Of a DNA stretch of 64,000 nucleotides, positions 55,331 through 64,000 are shown one piece after another. Both the position numbers and the translations under genes were made by a program. How positions within the stretch are numbered: position 1 is the stretch's first letter; each line of letters begins with the position of its first letter. The notes beneath the pieces were generated by a model. That model worked only from the letters and a program-made list of their open reading frames with translations. It made no database searches and had not been told where the DNA came from. Origin of the DNA: Escherichia phage slur16; sequence record NC_028248.1. One strand, 5' to 3'.

Positions 55331-55797
55331 CGATGTTTGTTAAATATGTAAAAACGTGCCTCAACAGTCTTGGCAGAGAGCATTGGTACACCTTGCTTGA
55401 AAAAGGGGAAATTTTAACAAAATCTGGAAAGATAACTTTGATACCTCTTGATAGTAAAGGTAAAGACCCGTCACGACTTGTTATAGATGATTACGTTACA
55501 GGTGTGACGTTCGAGGTCTCTGTGGAGAGGTTAATACGCAGAACTGGCGGCCCTTATGACCGAAGAGAGTATGTTTTCGATTCCGTTACAGAGATGGGGG
55601 AGCATCCGTCTTTAATGTTCAGGATGGTAATCAGAGATATGAGGTCATCTATAGATAGGATCGTAAAGGACATTAAGGAACCTTTTAGAGTAAAAGTTAA
55701 GAAGTTTTTCGATTCTAAGATTAACATACTCGCCGTTGCACTAGGTGTAGTTCAACTTCTGTTAATTTTGCACTATTTTGAACTACTATTTAAGTAG
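55327..55797 (+). CDS. hypothetical protein with C-terminal TM segment
   Basis: 156 aa; C-terminal hydrophobic ILAVALGVVQLLLILHYFELLF. Confidence 0.4.
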   Translation: MTMFVKYVKTCLNSLGREHWYTLLEKGEILTKSGKITLIPLDSKGKDPSRLVIDDYVTGVTFEVSVERLIRRTGGPYDRREYVFDSVTEMGEHPSLMFRMVIRDMRSSIDRIVKDIKEPFRVKVKKFFDSKINILAVALGVVQLLLILHYFELLFK

Positions 55798-55859
55798 TAG
55801 TTGAGATATGGCACAAAGGATGTGCCATAGTGAAATAAACTAAGAAAGAGGTAGAGAGA

Positions 55860-56207
55860 ATGCCAAAGATTAAAACGTTATTACTGTGGGTAGCTGTTTT
55901 AGCTTTTATAGGGTACTGGACTTGGGAAACTGAATTAAAAGATATCGGATATACCAGTCTTGAGAGCAAGGCGTGCATTGGCATAACCGATGCGTTCAGG
56001 CAAAATGCTATGGATCACGAATGTGTTGATGCAGATATAGATGAGAAACTGTCTAAGGACAAAGATTTTTACCATGGGCATGCTTTACTTGATAGTGGTG
56101 ACACTGTAGAGTTCTGGTCGTGGTTTCGTGAAGATGGAACAATAAAAACAGCAGTAAAGATCTCTAACAAAGAGTTAATGCTGTTGCAGCAAAAGGAGGC
56201 TCAATGA
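55860..56207 (+). CDS. hypothetical protein with N-terminal signal/anchor
   Basis: N-terminus MPKIKTLLLWVAVLAFIGYWTW. Confidence 0.4.
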   Translation: MPKIKTLLLWVAVLAFIGYWTWETELKDIGYTSLESKACIGITDAFRQNAMDHECVDADIDEKLSKDKDFYHGHALLDSGDTVEFWSWFREDGTIKTAVKISNKELMLLQQKEAQ

Positions 56208-56491
56208 TCTGGATATCCTATGCTGATGGCACCATGCTGTATACTGCAGGTACCAGATATGAAGTTCAGGAGAACGATAAAAAATTTATCGTAAAAACAT
56301 TTGACAAGGACGACAACCTTTTGCTAGAATTGACTTACAAAGTTGGAGAGGTATCCAATATCCAGTTGGATTGTGGTCATAAAGATAATCCACTCAAAAA
56401 ACCTGGAGTAGGTAAGGCTTCAGAAGAACGTCTGTCTCGTATTGCAGAAAGCGTTTCTCCCCAAAAATCTAAGAAGAGGACTAGAAAATGA
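56204..56491 (+). CDS. hypothetical protein
   Basis: 95 aa, ATGA-coupled. Confidence 0.4.
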   Translation: MIWISYADGTMLYTAGTRYEVQENDKKFIVKTFDKDDNLLLELTYKVGEVSNIQLDCGHKDNPLKKPGVGKASEERLSRIAESVSPQKSKKRTRK

Positions 56492-56682
56492 AAAACTTAC
56501 GTTTTAACACTTATTACTACAACACATTGAATGATTTGTATTATATTGTTCGAAGTAAAAGTCCTGAAACAGTCCTATTCTGCCGCGAACCTTTCAAAGG
56601 GGAGGAAGTAGAGTCTGAGATGAATGTTAGCCAGATCACCTCTTTGTTGCTCTCAGGCGCAATGGAAGAAGCAATATTCTAA
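56488..56682 (+). CDS. hypothetical protein
   Basis: 64 aa, coupled. Confidence 0.35.
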   Translation: MKNLRFNTYYYNTLNDLYYIVRSKSPETVLFCREPFKGEEVESEMNVSQITSLLLSGAMEEAIF

Positions 56683-56700
56683 ACCAGGCAGGAGGGTTTT

Positions 56701-56889
56701 ATGAAGCACTATTGCCTGTCTGGTAGAATGGGTGCAGATTGTGATTGGGTTTTCTTAAAACTTGTCAGCATTCGAGAGTTCATCCCAGAGGAAGAGCAAG
56801 AAAGCGAGCTGATGTCATGGATCAACCATTACGGTAACACTTTTCGGCATGTTAAGGTAGAAGAGTTGCCAAGCGAGGCTGAATTATGA
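56701..56889 (+). CDS. hypothetical protein
   Basis: 62 aa. Confidence 0.35.
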   Translation: MKHYCLSGRMGADCDWVFLKLVSIREFIPEEEQESELMSWINHYGNTFRHVKVEELPSEAEL

Positions 56890-57182
56890 AACTTTTTGAG
56901 TGGTTTAAAAAGTTTAAATATAAAGCTGTAGCCATCGTGCCGTGGTCCATTCAGTGGGTTGATGAAGGTGGTCTACCGATACCTGGTGACAAAGATACTG
57001 GGTACTGGATTATGATGGAGAACGGGTTTGGAAAGCGAAAGTATACGTGCACAAACTCTACTCGATCTGCACTTAATAGAGTGCCTGGTTACAAACTTAT
57101 GGTTGTGTGGAAAATGTCAGGCGTGCCTCCAGCCAATGCTCAATTTCTTACTGACAATCCGACCACGGTAGAGGGAGATTGA
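56886..57182 (+). CDS. hypothetical protein
   Basis: 98 aa, coupled. Confidence 0.4.
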   Translation: MKLFEWFKKFKYKAVAIVPWSIQWVDEGGLPIPGDKDTGYWIMMENGFGKRKYTCTNSTRSALNRVPGYKLMVVWKMSGVPPANAQFLTDNPTTVEGD

Positions 57183-57466
57183 TAATGAAAAAGATTAACA
57201 GTAGTGAAGTAGAGTTTAAACTTGTCGGAAAAGGCACTTACTGGGAAGTTCGTCAAAAGGTATATTTGTTCGGTCTTATTCCCTACTGGTCTAAATTCTA
57301 CTGGGGAGCTAACGAGTTGGGAAGATACGCCACCAAATCAATGGCACTTATTGGTATAGCAGAGTACATTGCAGCCCGAGACAGGGTTGGAACCACTTAT
57401 TACTACACTGCTGACGATATTCGTAACAGTGTTTACGTCCCACAACCACCTGATGGAGACCGTTGA
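57179..57466 (+). CDS. hypothetical protein
   Basis: 95 aa, coupled. Confidence 0.4.
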   Translation: MIMKKINSSEVEFKLVGKGTYWEVRQKVYLFGLIPYWSKFYWGANELGRYATKSMALIGIAEYIAARDRVGTTYYYTADDIRNSVYVPQPPDGDR

Positions 57467-57690
57467 TGAAAGTTAAAGTTTTAGATTCAAGCTTCTATAT
57501 TGGTCAGGAGCCTTTAGTAGGAAAAGTGTTTACTGCTGTCCCTAACGAAGATTACCCTGACCTTTTAAAAATAAAAGGAGCAGATCTTATTGCCGCTGGT
57601 GCATCTCAGGAATGCTTTGACAGTCAGTGGACCTATAACTTTGCCCTAGGTGAGGATGTAGAGGTAGTGGAGGACGATCATGAAGGTTAA
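57463..57690 (+). CDS. small protein, paralog family A
   Basis: MMKVKVLDSSFYIGQEPLVGKV...IKGADLIAAGA...VEVVEDD. Confidence 0.5.
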   Translation: MMKVKVLDSSFYIGQEPLVGKVFTAVPNEDYPDLLKIKGADLIAAGASQECFDSQWTYNFALGEDVEVVEDDHEG

Positions 57691-57934
57691 AATTCTTGAT
57701 TCTAACGTCTACTTGGGACAATCCTTCCTGAATGGAAAGGTCGTTCCTGCGGTATACTTTGAAGGGTTGCCGTGGGATGATCCTGTGCGGCAACATCACA
57801 GTTATGTAGGCCACAACGTGGTGTTTATCTTGGGATCAGACCTGATCACCGCTGGTGCACCTGAATATTATTTCGGGGAAGAGTCCTACTATGCCTTTGG
57901 GGTAGGGTCAGATGCAGATATTGTAGAGCTGTGA
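57680..57934 (+). CDS. small protein, paralog family A
   Basis: MKVKILDSNVYLGQSFLNGKV...ILGSDLITAGA...IVEL. Confidence 0.5.
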   Translation: MKVKILDSNVYLGQSFLNGKVVPAVYFEGLPWDDPVRQHHSYVGHNVVFILGSDLITAGAPEYYFGEESYYAFGVGSDADIVEL

Positions 57935-57946
57935 TGGGTAACCGTT

Positions 57947-58345
57947 GTGAAAAATAAACTGTTTAAAGTTACAATGAAAATTCGCGGGGCTTGGAGCGTA
58001 AAGCAAGGGCGTATTCCAGAATTTGAGAAAGACTTCTACGTAGTCTCCACCTCGGAGGAGGCTGCATGCTGGCAGGCTGGCTATGCCTATGCAAGAACCT
58101 GGTACGAAGGATACCAGACTGGGGGCTATGACGGAGAAATTATCAGCAAGGGTGTAGAAGAAATTAATGTGTTGACAAGTGAAAAAGTTTTTGTTATAGT
58201 GCATCCAGATTCCAGAGTGAAGCATTACTGGAATGCCAGAACAAAAACTTGGACACCGTTTGCAGATTCTGCTACGCCACTTTTAAACCAGAAAGCTCTT
58301 GACTCTGCCCCAAGTTATGGGGTTGTTGAAGAAAAGCTAAACTGA
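57947..58345 (+). CDS. protein, paralog family B
   Basis: Shares FYVVSTSEEAA...HP...YW...WTP...ATPLL pattern with ORF 60157-60552. Confidence 0.5.
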   Translation: MKNKLFKVTMKIRGAWSVKQGRIPEFEKDFYVVSTSEEAACWQAGYAYARTWYEGYQTGGYDGEIISKGVEEINVLTSEKVFVIVHPDSRVKHYWNARTKTWTPFADSATPLLNQKALDSAPSYGVVEEKLN

Positions 58346-58362
58346 AACAGTGAGGTGTCACC

Positions 58363-58653
58363 ATGATGGATTTAATTCTAAATATTGATAACGCAGGAGA
58401 GTTTAAAGACGATGGTGTAACAAGCATGGACAAACCCTGCTCTGCTAAGGTTGACTCAAAATGGACCTACAAGTTTGACGGAGAGATCTTCGCAAATGAT
58501 GAGAAGGTTGTAGATGCTGCAGCCATTTTAAACGCTCTAGGGTACGACCCTGTGAATTCTTTGATCAAGGATCCTGTTGAGTTTGCAGAGTATGTTCGAA
58601 AAATGGCAGATCTTGCTGTGGATATTTTAAAAACTATCGACAACAAGCTGTAA
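58363..58653 (+). CDS. hypothetical protein
   Basis: 96 aa. Confidence 0.4.
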   Translation: MMDLILNIDNAGEFKDDGVTSMDKPCSAKVDSKWTYKFDGEIFANDEKVVDAAAILNALGYDPVNSLIKDPVEFAEYVRKMADLAVDILKTIDNKL

Positions 58654-58659
58654 AAACTG

Positions 58660-58688
58660 TTGACACAACGCTTCAGATTTAGTATCAT
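58660..58688 (+). promoter_or_regulatory. sigma70-like promoter upstream of HPF-like gene
   Basis: TTGACA (58660-58665), 17 nt spacer, TATCAT (58683-58688). Confidence 0.5.
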
Positions 58689-58737
58689 TGTTTTCAAAGA
58701 GAGATAGTTATTCCCTCTTCCTTAAAAGGAACACGTT

Positions 58738-59058
58738 ATGCAAATTGAAATCACTGGCAACAATGTAGAAATCACAGAAGGTATGGTATCTTTTATTTCC
58801 CGCAAAATGTCCAAGCTGGAGCGTTTACATCCCTCTGTTAACTATGCACGTGTGAGTGTAAAAGTTGAAAATGATCACCAGGAAGTTATGGCGTTCATTT
58901 TTGACAATTCTGGAAAAGAAGTTATTGCCAAGGCTAAAGGCAGTGATGCTTACGAGGCAACTGACCGTATGGTAGATGTTGCAGCACGTCAGCTGGCTAA
59001 ATGCGGTGGAAAGAAAGGTAAGGGGAAAGGCAAAGTAAAGATTGACTTTGGAGAATGA
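58738..59058 (+). CDS. hpf: ribosome hibernation promoting factor homolog (RaiA/HPF family) with Lys/Gly-rich C-terminal tail
   Basis: MQIEITGNNVEITEGM...KLERL...VSVKVE...GSDAYEATDRMVDVAARQLAK aligns with E. coli HPF MQLNITGNNVEITEAL...KLEQY...VVLKVE...GQDMYAAIDGLIDKLARQLTK. Confidence 0.75.
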   Translation: MQIEITGNNVEITEGMVSFISRKMSKLERLHPSVNYARVSVKVENDHQEVMAFIFDNSGKEVIAKAKGSDAYEATDRMVDVAARQLAKCGGKKGKGKGKVKIDFGE

Positions 59059-59195
59059 GGTGCTACAATGGGTGTGATTAAGAAATTAGTCCCAAATGTA
59101 GAGATTGCATGCTTTGAAATTATGTTTGCAATCGCAGTTGTAGTTAATGTGTTAGGTTACGGCTATTAATATCAAATAATTGAGGAGACCTCTAA

Positions 59196-59465
59196 ATGAA
59201 AATTAAATTATTCCAAACTGAGCTGGCAGACAAAAATTGTGGACTGGTTGAAGGCATGATTGTTGAAGCACAACCAGTGGACTATATGAAGGTGGTTCGT
59301 GATGCCCTAGGTGAAGGTTTTGATCTGATGGAGCCAGCTCTGCGAGAAGATGTTATCGAGATGGCTAAAAAGCACACACCTGAAGGTTTGGTGGTGTTTG
59401 TTGCACCGGGTAACGGAGAAGAGTTGATTGTAACTCCTGATGTGTATGAGATTGTAGAGGAATAA
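59196..59465 (+). CDS. small protein, paralog family A (divergent)
   Basis: MKIKLF...LVVFVAPGNGEELIVTPDVYEIVEE. Confidence 0.45.
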   Translation: MKIKLFQTELADKNCGLVEGMIVEAQPVDYMKVVRDALGEGFDLMEPALREDVIEMAKKHTPEGLVVFVAPGNGEELIVTPDVYEIVEE

Positions 59466-59556
59466 TCCTGCTTGGATTAGCATACTTCCTCGCTAAGGAA
59501 GATTTGTAATTATTTGTGGGAAAGGAGTCCCAATCTCTTACCAGAGGTGATACTAT

Positions 59557-59820
59557 ATGATTGTTTATTTTAAAACTTCAGGTGGATACCCTGATTCTCA
59601 AAGCTTGATCGGAAAAACGTGCACAGCATACTCACCTCTTGATGAGGAGGTAAGCGATATTTTACGAAATATGTATCGGATTGACCCCCAAGAAGCCTTT
59701 GATCAAAACCTTGTATTTGTCAAGGGCTCAGATATGAAGTCTTTGGGAGCATTCCCTGAAGCAGATGATGATGCCGTTTATTCGTTCATGACTCCTTTTG
59801 AAGCTATGGTTGTTGGGTGA
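59557..59820 (+). CDS. small protein, paralog family A
   Basis: YFKTSGGYPDSQSLIGK...LVFVKGSDMKSLGAFPE...MVVG. Confidence 0.45.
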   Translation: MIVYFKTSGGYPDSQSLIGKTCTAYSPLDEEVSDILRNMYRIDPQEAFDQNLVFVKGSDMKSLGAFPEADDDAVYSFMTPFEAMVVG

Positions 59821-59824
59821 TAAT

Positions 59825-60157
59825 ATGAAAGTACGCTTTATTGGTGAAACAATTCCTGTGCATCTCCGGTCGCCTGAGGATTCTGCAGATCTTGCATCTA
59901 AAAAGGCGAGAGGTTATGATAAGAAAGTAACCTCAACCGATGTAGTGCTTGAGGCTACTAGTCTACCTGACCCTGCTGCATTCTTTAATCATTATGGGTA
60001 CTATTTCAGCAATCTGATGAATATCGGTGAGCTTGTGTTTATTAGTGGTGGAGAAATTGTTAGCAAGCTTGGCGGCGATCCGGATGTCTTTCATGAAACC
60101 TGTCCTTTTGCATTTGTGGTGGGTTCAGATGTGGAAGTTATTGAGGAGGTGCGGTAA
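59825..60157 (+). CDS. small protein, paralog family A
   Basis: Start at ATG 59825 (MKVRFIGE...); FAFVVGSDVEVIEEVR terminus. Confidence 0.45.
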   Translation: MKVRFIGETIPVHLRSPEDSADLASKKARGYDKKVTSTDVVLEATSLPDPAAFFNHYGYYFSNLMNIGELVFISGGEIVSKLGGDPDVFHETCPFAFVVGSDVEVIEEVR

Positions 60158-60552
60158 TGGTAAGCCTATACCGTGTTGAGTATAGCTCAGATACTGTATA
60201 CAACGTAAGAAGCAAAGATCGCAGCGACAGAGTGCAAGAAATGTATGTTCTTGCCGACAGTCCGTTATCTGCAGCGTTCAAGGCAGGGGCTCTTGCATCT
60301 CGTTGGAAATTTGAAGGCGGATCTTTCTATGAAGAAACCCTTGAAGATTCTGTTGTTATTTCTTCTGTAGAGGTTTCAGATGACTACGAAGGGAAAAAGT
60401 TCGTAATGCGGCACCCACACAGCAACATTGCGTACTACTGGGATGTTCTGAACAACGAGTGGACCCCAGATCTTCAGAAGGCTACTGTGCTAACACCGTT
60501 TTTGGCAGATAAGTTCCCACCAGAAGGTAATTTATCCGCACTGTTTCAGTAA
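60157..60552 (+). CDS. protein, paralog family B
   Basis: Paralog of 57947-58345 (YVLADSPLSAA...HPHS...YW...WTPDLQKATVLTP). Confidence 0.5.
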   Translation: MVSLYRVEYSSDTVYNVRSKDRSDRVQEMYVLADSPLSAAFKAGALASRWKFEGGSFYEETLEDSVVISSVEVSDDYEGKKFVMRHPHSNIAYYWDVLNNEWTPDLQKATVLTPFLADKFPPEGNLSALFQ

Positions 60553-60628
60553 TTTTCTTGCACACAGGTGTTGACAACACCAACCCTGTGTGAAATAATA
60601 CCTTCATCTTAACAAGACGGGAGACTGA

Positions 60629-60889
60629 TTGATGAAGATTAAACTGAAAAACCTTGAAATGGCAGAGATTCAGGATGGTGTTGATTTCCGCTCTAAAGAT
60701 GGTGACATCTTGGAGGTAAATCTTCCAACCTACGAGCTGATTAAAGGTTTTGGCAACGTTCAGGAAGAGGATATTCCAGAAACTCTTATGATGTTGATTC
60801 TTGACGGAACTGTGTTTGTAGGTGAAGGTGAGAACGCTATTGCAATCCCAGGCCATTTTTATGAAGTAGTTGACGAAGAGGTGCTGTAA
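60629..60889 (+). CDS. small protein, paralog family A (divergent)
   Basis: MMKIKLKNL...VFVGEGENAIAIPGHFYEVVDEEVL. Confidence 0.4.
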   Translation: MMKIKLKNLEMAEIQDGVDFRSKDGDILEVNLPTYELIKGFGNVQEEDIPETLMMLILDGTVFVGEGENAIAIPGHFYEVVDEEVL

Positions 60890-61240
60890 ATGAAAGTAGA
60901 AATTACTGGTTTTGATGTTAGTGTGGTTCCGGAAGATATTTTAGCTAACTTACCGGAAGGTTTTGGTAACGGTGTTGTGGTGGATGCTGTTCCTCCTACC
61001 AAAGACATTCTGCTGCAGTATGGTGTAGCAGAGGAAGATGTCGATAAAGTTCTTACAATGATGGCAATCGATCGTGTTGTCGTTGTTAAAGGTCTCGATA
61101 ATTTTGAGAGTGATCCTCTGATTATTCGCGGAGATGACTACAAAATCATCGATAATGAAGGCCAAGAGTTCTATGAGCCTTGTGCAGAAGATATTCTTAA
61201 CTTATTACTGGAAGCAGGCACCGAAGAGGAGGACGAATAA
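60890..61240 (+). CDS. small acidic protein (family A-like)
   Basis: MKVEITGFDV...VVVVKGLDNFESD; acidic C-terminus. Confidence 0.4.
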   Translation: MKVEITGFDVSVVPEDILANLPEGFGNGVVVDAVPPTKDILLQYGVAEEDVDKVLTMMAIDRVVVVKGLDNFESDPLIIRGDDYKIIDNEGQEFYEPCAEDILNLLLEAGTEEEDE

Positions 61241-61569
61241 TGAAGATTGACCCGTTACTGAAGGCTCGTGCAGAAAAAGCGTACACCATTAAGCTGACCA
61301 ACCTGGTTCCTACTTGTCATCCAGATGTAGGTTGGCCCGAAGGTTTGGTGGAGGGAACTGTAACAGCTGCATACCTTCCTAACATCAAATACCTTATGGA
61401 AATCTTGGAGCTGGATGAGGAAACGGCAGAAGAGTTACAGTTGGACATGAAACAAAGTGGGACTCTGGTTATTCACGGGTGGTATAATACTAAAGATGCA
61501 GAAGACCCTCTGGTAACTTCTAATCTGGCATATGAAATCTTAGGACCTTTGAACCTGGAGGAAGACTAA
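61240..61569 (+). CDS. hypothetical protein
   Basis: 109 aa, ATGA-coupled. Confidence 0.4.
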   Translation: MKIDPLLKARAEKAYTIKLTNLVPTCHPDVGWPEGLVEGTVTAAYLPNIKYLMEILELDEETAEELQLDMKQSGTLVIHGWYNTKDAEDPLVTSNLAYEILGPLNLEED

Positions 61570-61856
61570 TGAAAGATTTGGTTAAGATTAAGATTAAAGA
61601 TACCAATGGAGAACTCAGCCATTTTGGAATTAAGGATGGTGACGAGCTGATCGCACACTTGCCTACTAAGGAGGTTGTAAGCAAAGCAGTTGCCGGAGAA
61701 GAAGCTGCAATGCAGGCTGCAGGTGTGGATGAAAACTATGTAGCTATGTGCATGTGCCGAGATCAGGTTGTTCTGTATAAAGCGTATCGACCAAACGGAG
61801 CCACGGAGTGGCTTGTATTCCGACCCGAAGGATATGAAATCTTAGAGGCACTATGA
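61569..61856 (+). CDS. hypothetical protein
   Basis: 95 aa, coupled. Confidence 0.4.
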   Translation: MKDLVKIKIKDTNGELSHFGIKDGDELIAHLPTKEVVSKAVAGEEAAMQAAGVDENYVAMCMCRDQVVLYKAYRPNGATEWLVFRPEGYEILEAL

Positions 61857-61945
61857 TAAATCTTGCCAAGGTTGCAACGGCACTGTTAATTATTTGCTGG
61901 TCTGTAACCTTAACACTGTGTCTTGTATTTCAGTGAGGTGCTTGT

Positions 61946-62209
61946 ATGAACATCCTGATGTGGGTTATAGCAGTGGCGTTTGTTGCATGTTTTTGCTGCT
62001 GGGTTGCGGTGAGGATTTCTGTAGCTACCCTTCGGAAGTTGGGGTTCTCAGAATGGGATATTAATATCCTTTCTTTTCGCAATGAAACAATCTCAGCCGC
62101 CCTGCTTTGTAAGAAATTCAAGTGGGAACCTTGTGAGGTCATGAGCTATCTAAGAACAGGCGATATCCCTGAAAGATTTAAAAAAGTTCTTGACGGCAAG
62201 GATAAATGA
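61946..62209 (+). CDS. small membrane-anchored protein
   Basis: N-terminal hydrophobic NILMWVIAVAFVACFCCWVAV. Confidence 0.4.
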   Translation: MNILMWVIAVAFVACFCCWVAVRISVATLRKLGFSEWDINILSFRNETISAALLCKKFKWEPCEVMSYLRTGDIPERFKKVLDGKDK

Positions 62210-62364
62210 CAGTATAGTGACTAACAAGAGGTGAGGAGTGACTGATTTTACTGAAGCTTTAATGATGGCCTTGTCTGTTTTAGCGCTATCGGTGTGTTTT
62301 GGGGCGTTATTCACATCTCTGGTTAAAGTTTTACATACAGTATTATTACCCAAGGAGCGCAGTA

Positions 62365-62616
62365 ATGACGAAGATTGACTTGAATGCTGGTGATCATGTT
62401 GTTGTCAAATGCATTGGAGATTATCTTGGATTCACAATCGGCAATACTTACGAGGCGGTAGTGGCGAAGGTTTATCATGATAAAGTCCTCAGTCTTGTAT
62501 TTGACTGCGATGATGATGGGGATGACCGATACGTCTGTGAGGTGCTGGCACGAGACGATAGTGAAGACCAGAAATTCCTGGTTATTGAACTGAACGGTAT
62601 TTTTGTAGAACGTTAA
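62365..62616 (+). CDS. hypothetical acidic protein
   Basis: Start at ATG 62365 with AAGGAG RBS 7 nt upstream. Confidence 0.4.
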   Translation: MTKIDLNAGDHVVVKCIGDYLGFTIGNTYEAVVAKVYHDKVLSLVFDCDDDGDDRYVCEVLARDDSEDQKFLVIELNGIFVER

Positions 62617-62644
62617 TTTAAAACAACATAAGGAGACTCTTACT

Positions 62645-62950
62645 ATGGCTAAATCTAAAGTTGAACTGTTCACCTCTCTTCCTTCTGACACTGCAGAACG
62701 TGATCGCCTTCGCAAAACAATTGAAGAACTGGTGGAACTCCAGCTTCAGATTAAAGATTTGAAAGATGCCATCAAGGATATCATTCTTGTTGAGAAGCAG
62801 GATCATCTGTATTCTCCTAAATTCATCAAATCTCTGGTGGCTACCGAGTTCGATATTCGATATGAGGCTGAAAAACGTCGAGCTAAAATCGAAGAAGAGG
62901 TTGAGCACATGTCTGAGGCAGACATTCTGTTCAAACGCTCTGTAGAATAA
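62645..62950 (+). CDS. hypothetical coiled-coil protein
   Basis: 101 aa, charged helical; RBS AAGGAGA; followed by terminator. Confidence 0.45.
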   Translation: MAKSKVELFTSLPSDTAERDRLRKTIEELVELQLQIKDLKDAIKDIILVEKQDHLYSPKFIKSLVATEFDIRYEAEKRRAKIEEEVEHMSEADILFKRSVE

Positions 62951-62956
62951 TGACAA

Positions 62957-62982
62957 AGAGGGGGGCTTAGGCCCCTCTTTTT
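62957..62982 (+). terminator. rho-independent terminator
   Basis: AGAGGGG-loop-CCCCTCT hairpin then TTTTT. Confidence 0.6.
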
Positions 62983-63005
62983 ACTATCCATGAAGGAGAC
63001 TTGAG

Positions 63006-63338
63006 ATGGGTATACCGATCACTGTAAAAGAATTGAATGAACGTGATGCAGGTGGTCTATGGCCTGCACGAAAAATACGCTGCATCCGTATGAAAGAGAA
63101 CCTTCAGCATCTTGAGCAACAGAAACGGATTGAGGTTGGTGATATTTTCGAAGTATTTTATTCTGATCGCCGTAACTGGGAAACCATTCAACCTTCCGGT
63201 TTTGTTCTTGCTAAGCTTGACACTGGAGAAGTGATTGTTCCTGGGTTGGATATTGTCTTCGAAATTATACAGGAGTGGGATCCGGACAAGATTAGATACG
63301 AAGAGCTATTCGGTGAAGGTATTATCAAACCTGTGTGA
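63006..63338 (+). CDS. hypothetical protein
   Basis: 110 aa. Confidence 0.45.
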   Translation: MGIPITVKELNERDAGGLWPARKIRCIRMKENLQHLEQQKRIEVGDIFEVFYSDRRNWETIQPSGFVLAKLDTGEVIVPGLDIVFEIIQEWDPDKIRYEELFGEGIIKPV

Positions 63339-63646
63339 GGTGGATTATGTCTACAAAGGCGGCTAAATACTCCTATATGCCATCAACCTCTGCAGAGGTA
63401 GACTTTAGTTTCGATGTGTTTCCACTGTTTGAGGTGGTTCTGGCATACCCAACAATACTATCTACTCCTGAATCACTTGTGCCTGTTAAGTTGCAGAACG
63501 CTATGCATTCCATGCACTACAACAACAAATGTAGGCACAGATGGTGTCAGGACGAGGAAAAAGATTTGGATAGTTTGAGAGATTTTGACAGTCACCTTTT
63601 GACACCTTTCAGCTACTCCAACCTTGATAAGCCCTCGTGGGTATAG
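63335..63646 (+). CDS. hypothetical protein
   Basis: 103 aa, ATGA-coupled; followed by terminator. Confidence 0.4.
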   Translation: MRWIMSTKAAKYSYMPSTSAEVDFSFDVFPLFEVVLAYPTILSTPESLVPVKLQNAMHSMHYNNKCRHRWCQDEEKDLDSLRDFDSHLLTPFSYSNLDKPSWV

Positions 63647-63670
63647 CAAAATATCAAATTTAAGACACCT

Positions 63671-63697
63671 AGGACGCTCTGTGGCGTCCTTTTCTTT
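63671..63697 (+). terminator. rho-independent terminator
   Basis: AGGACGC-TCTGTG-GCGTCCT hairpin then TTTCTTT. Confidence 0.6.
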
Positions 63698-63859
63698 ATC
63701 TGGTGCACGATTGCATACCTTGGGTAGTTAATTTCATTACAGAGCGTTTAAGAGCTCCCTACAAACAACTCCATATTTCGAGCGTAGCGAGAACGCACGT
63801 CCGTTTTGACCCAAATCACCATACGCTCGGATTTTAACCAAACCCTCGCGGCGTTTCTG

Positions 63860-63888
63860 TTGACACATTACCGATCCAGTGATAGTAT
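63860..63888 (+). promoter_or_regulatory. sigma70-like promoter
   Basis: TTGACA (63860-63865), 17 nt spacer, TAGTAT (63883-63888). Confidence 0.5.
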
Positions 63889-63908
63889 CCACACATCGTT
63901 TGGAGAAT

Positions 63909-64000
63909 ATGGGATACACAATGAAAACATTGTCAGAGGTTTTGGTGGTGATCCTGATGATCATTACGTCCATAGTGGCTGTTGCCGGAATACTCACGGG
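63909..64000 (+). CDS. membrane protein (partial; runs off window end)
   Basis: ATG 63909 or 63921 after GGAG; hydrophobic LVVILMIITSIVAVAGIL; no stop before window end. Confidence 0.35.
   Translation, partial: MGYTMKTLSEVLVVILMIITSIVAVAGILT

Noticed and set aside
63737-63997. Minus-strand ORF (86 aa) at the right end
   Set aside because: Overlaps a plus-strand promoter, RBS and start of a membrane-protein gene; no RBS of its own.

Overview
This window reads as a 64 kb slice of a virulent, contractile-tailed (myovirus-type) dsDNA phage genome; no integrase or repressor module is visible. Left arm (1 to ~26.9 kb, minus strand): tail fibre and baseplate genes, tape measure protein, tail tube and sheath, neck proteins, a lambda E-like major capsid protein with decoration and scaffold proteins, portal, a large terminase split by an ORF-less group I intron, a two-component spanin pair, a cluster of six tRNAs plus one aberrant tRNA-like gene, and a long non-coding island carrying four tandem palindromic sites. 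Right arm (~27 to 64 kb, plus strand, transcribed divergently from ~26.97 kb): early and metabolic genes behind repeated TTGACA-N17-TATAAT-type promoters. These include an RNA-repair set (polynucleotide kinase, metallophosphoesterase, T4 Rnl1-like RNA ligase), a Sir2-family protein, ATP-dependent DNA ligase, a lambda R-like endolysin, FEN-type 5'-3' exonuclease, RuvC-like and endonuclease VII-like nucleases, DnaQ-like exonuclease, two DNA methyltransferases, dNMP kinase, ThyX, aerobic (nrdA, nrdB, glutaredoxin) and anaerobic (nrdD, nrdG) ribonucleotide reductases, with nrdD split by a group I intron carrying an HNH homing endonuclease, PhoH, a ClpP-like protease, an HPF-like ribosome hibernation factor, and a long translationally coupled array of small genes including two paralogous families. 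All calls rest on motif recognition and manual translation without database searches; many start codons are approximate, and I cannot assign the phage to a named genus with confidence.
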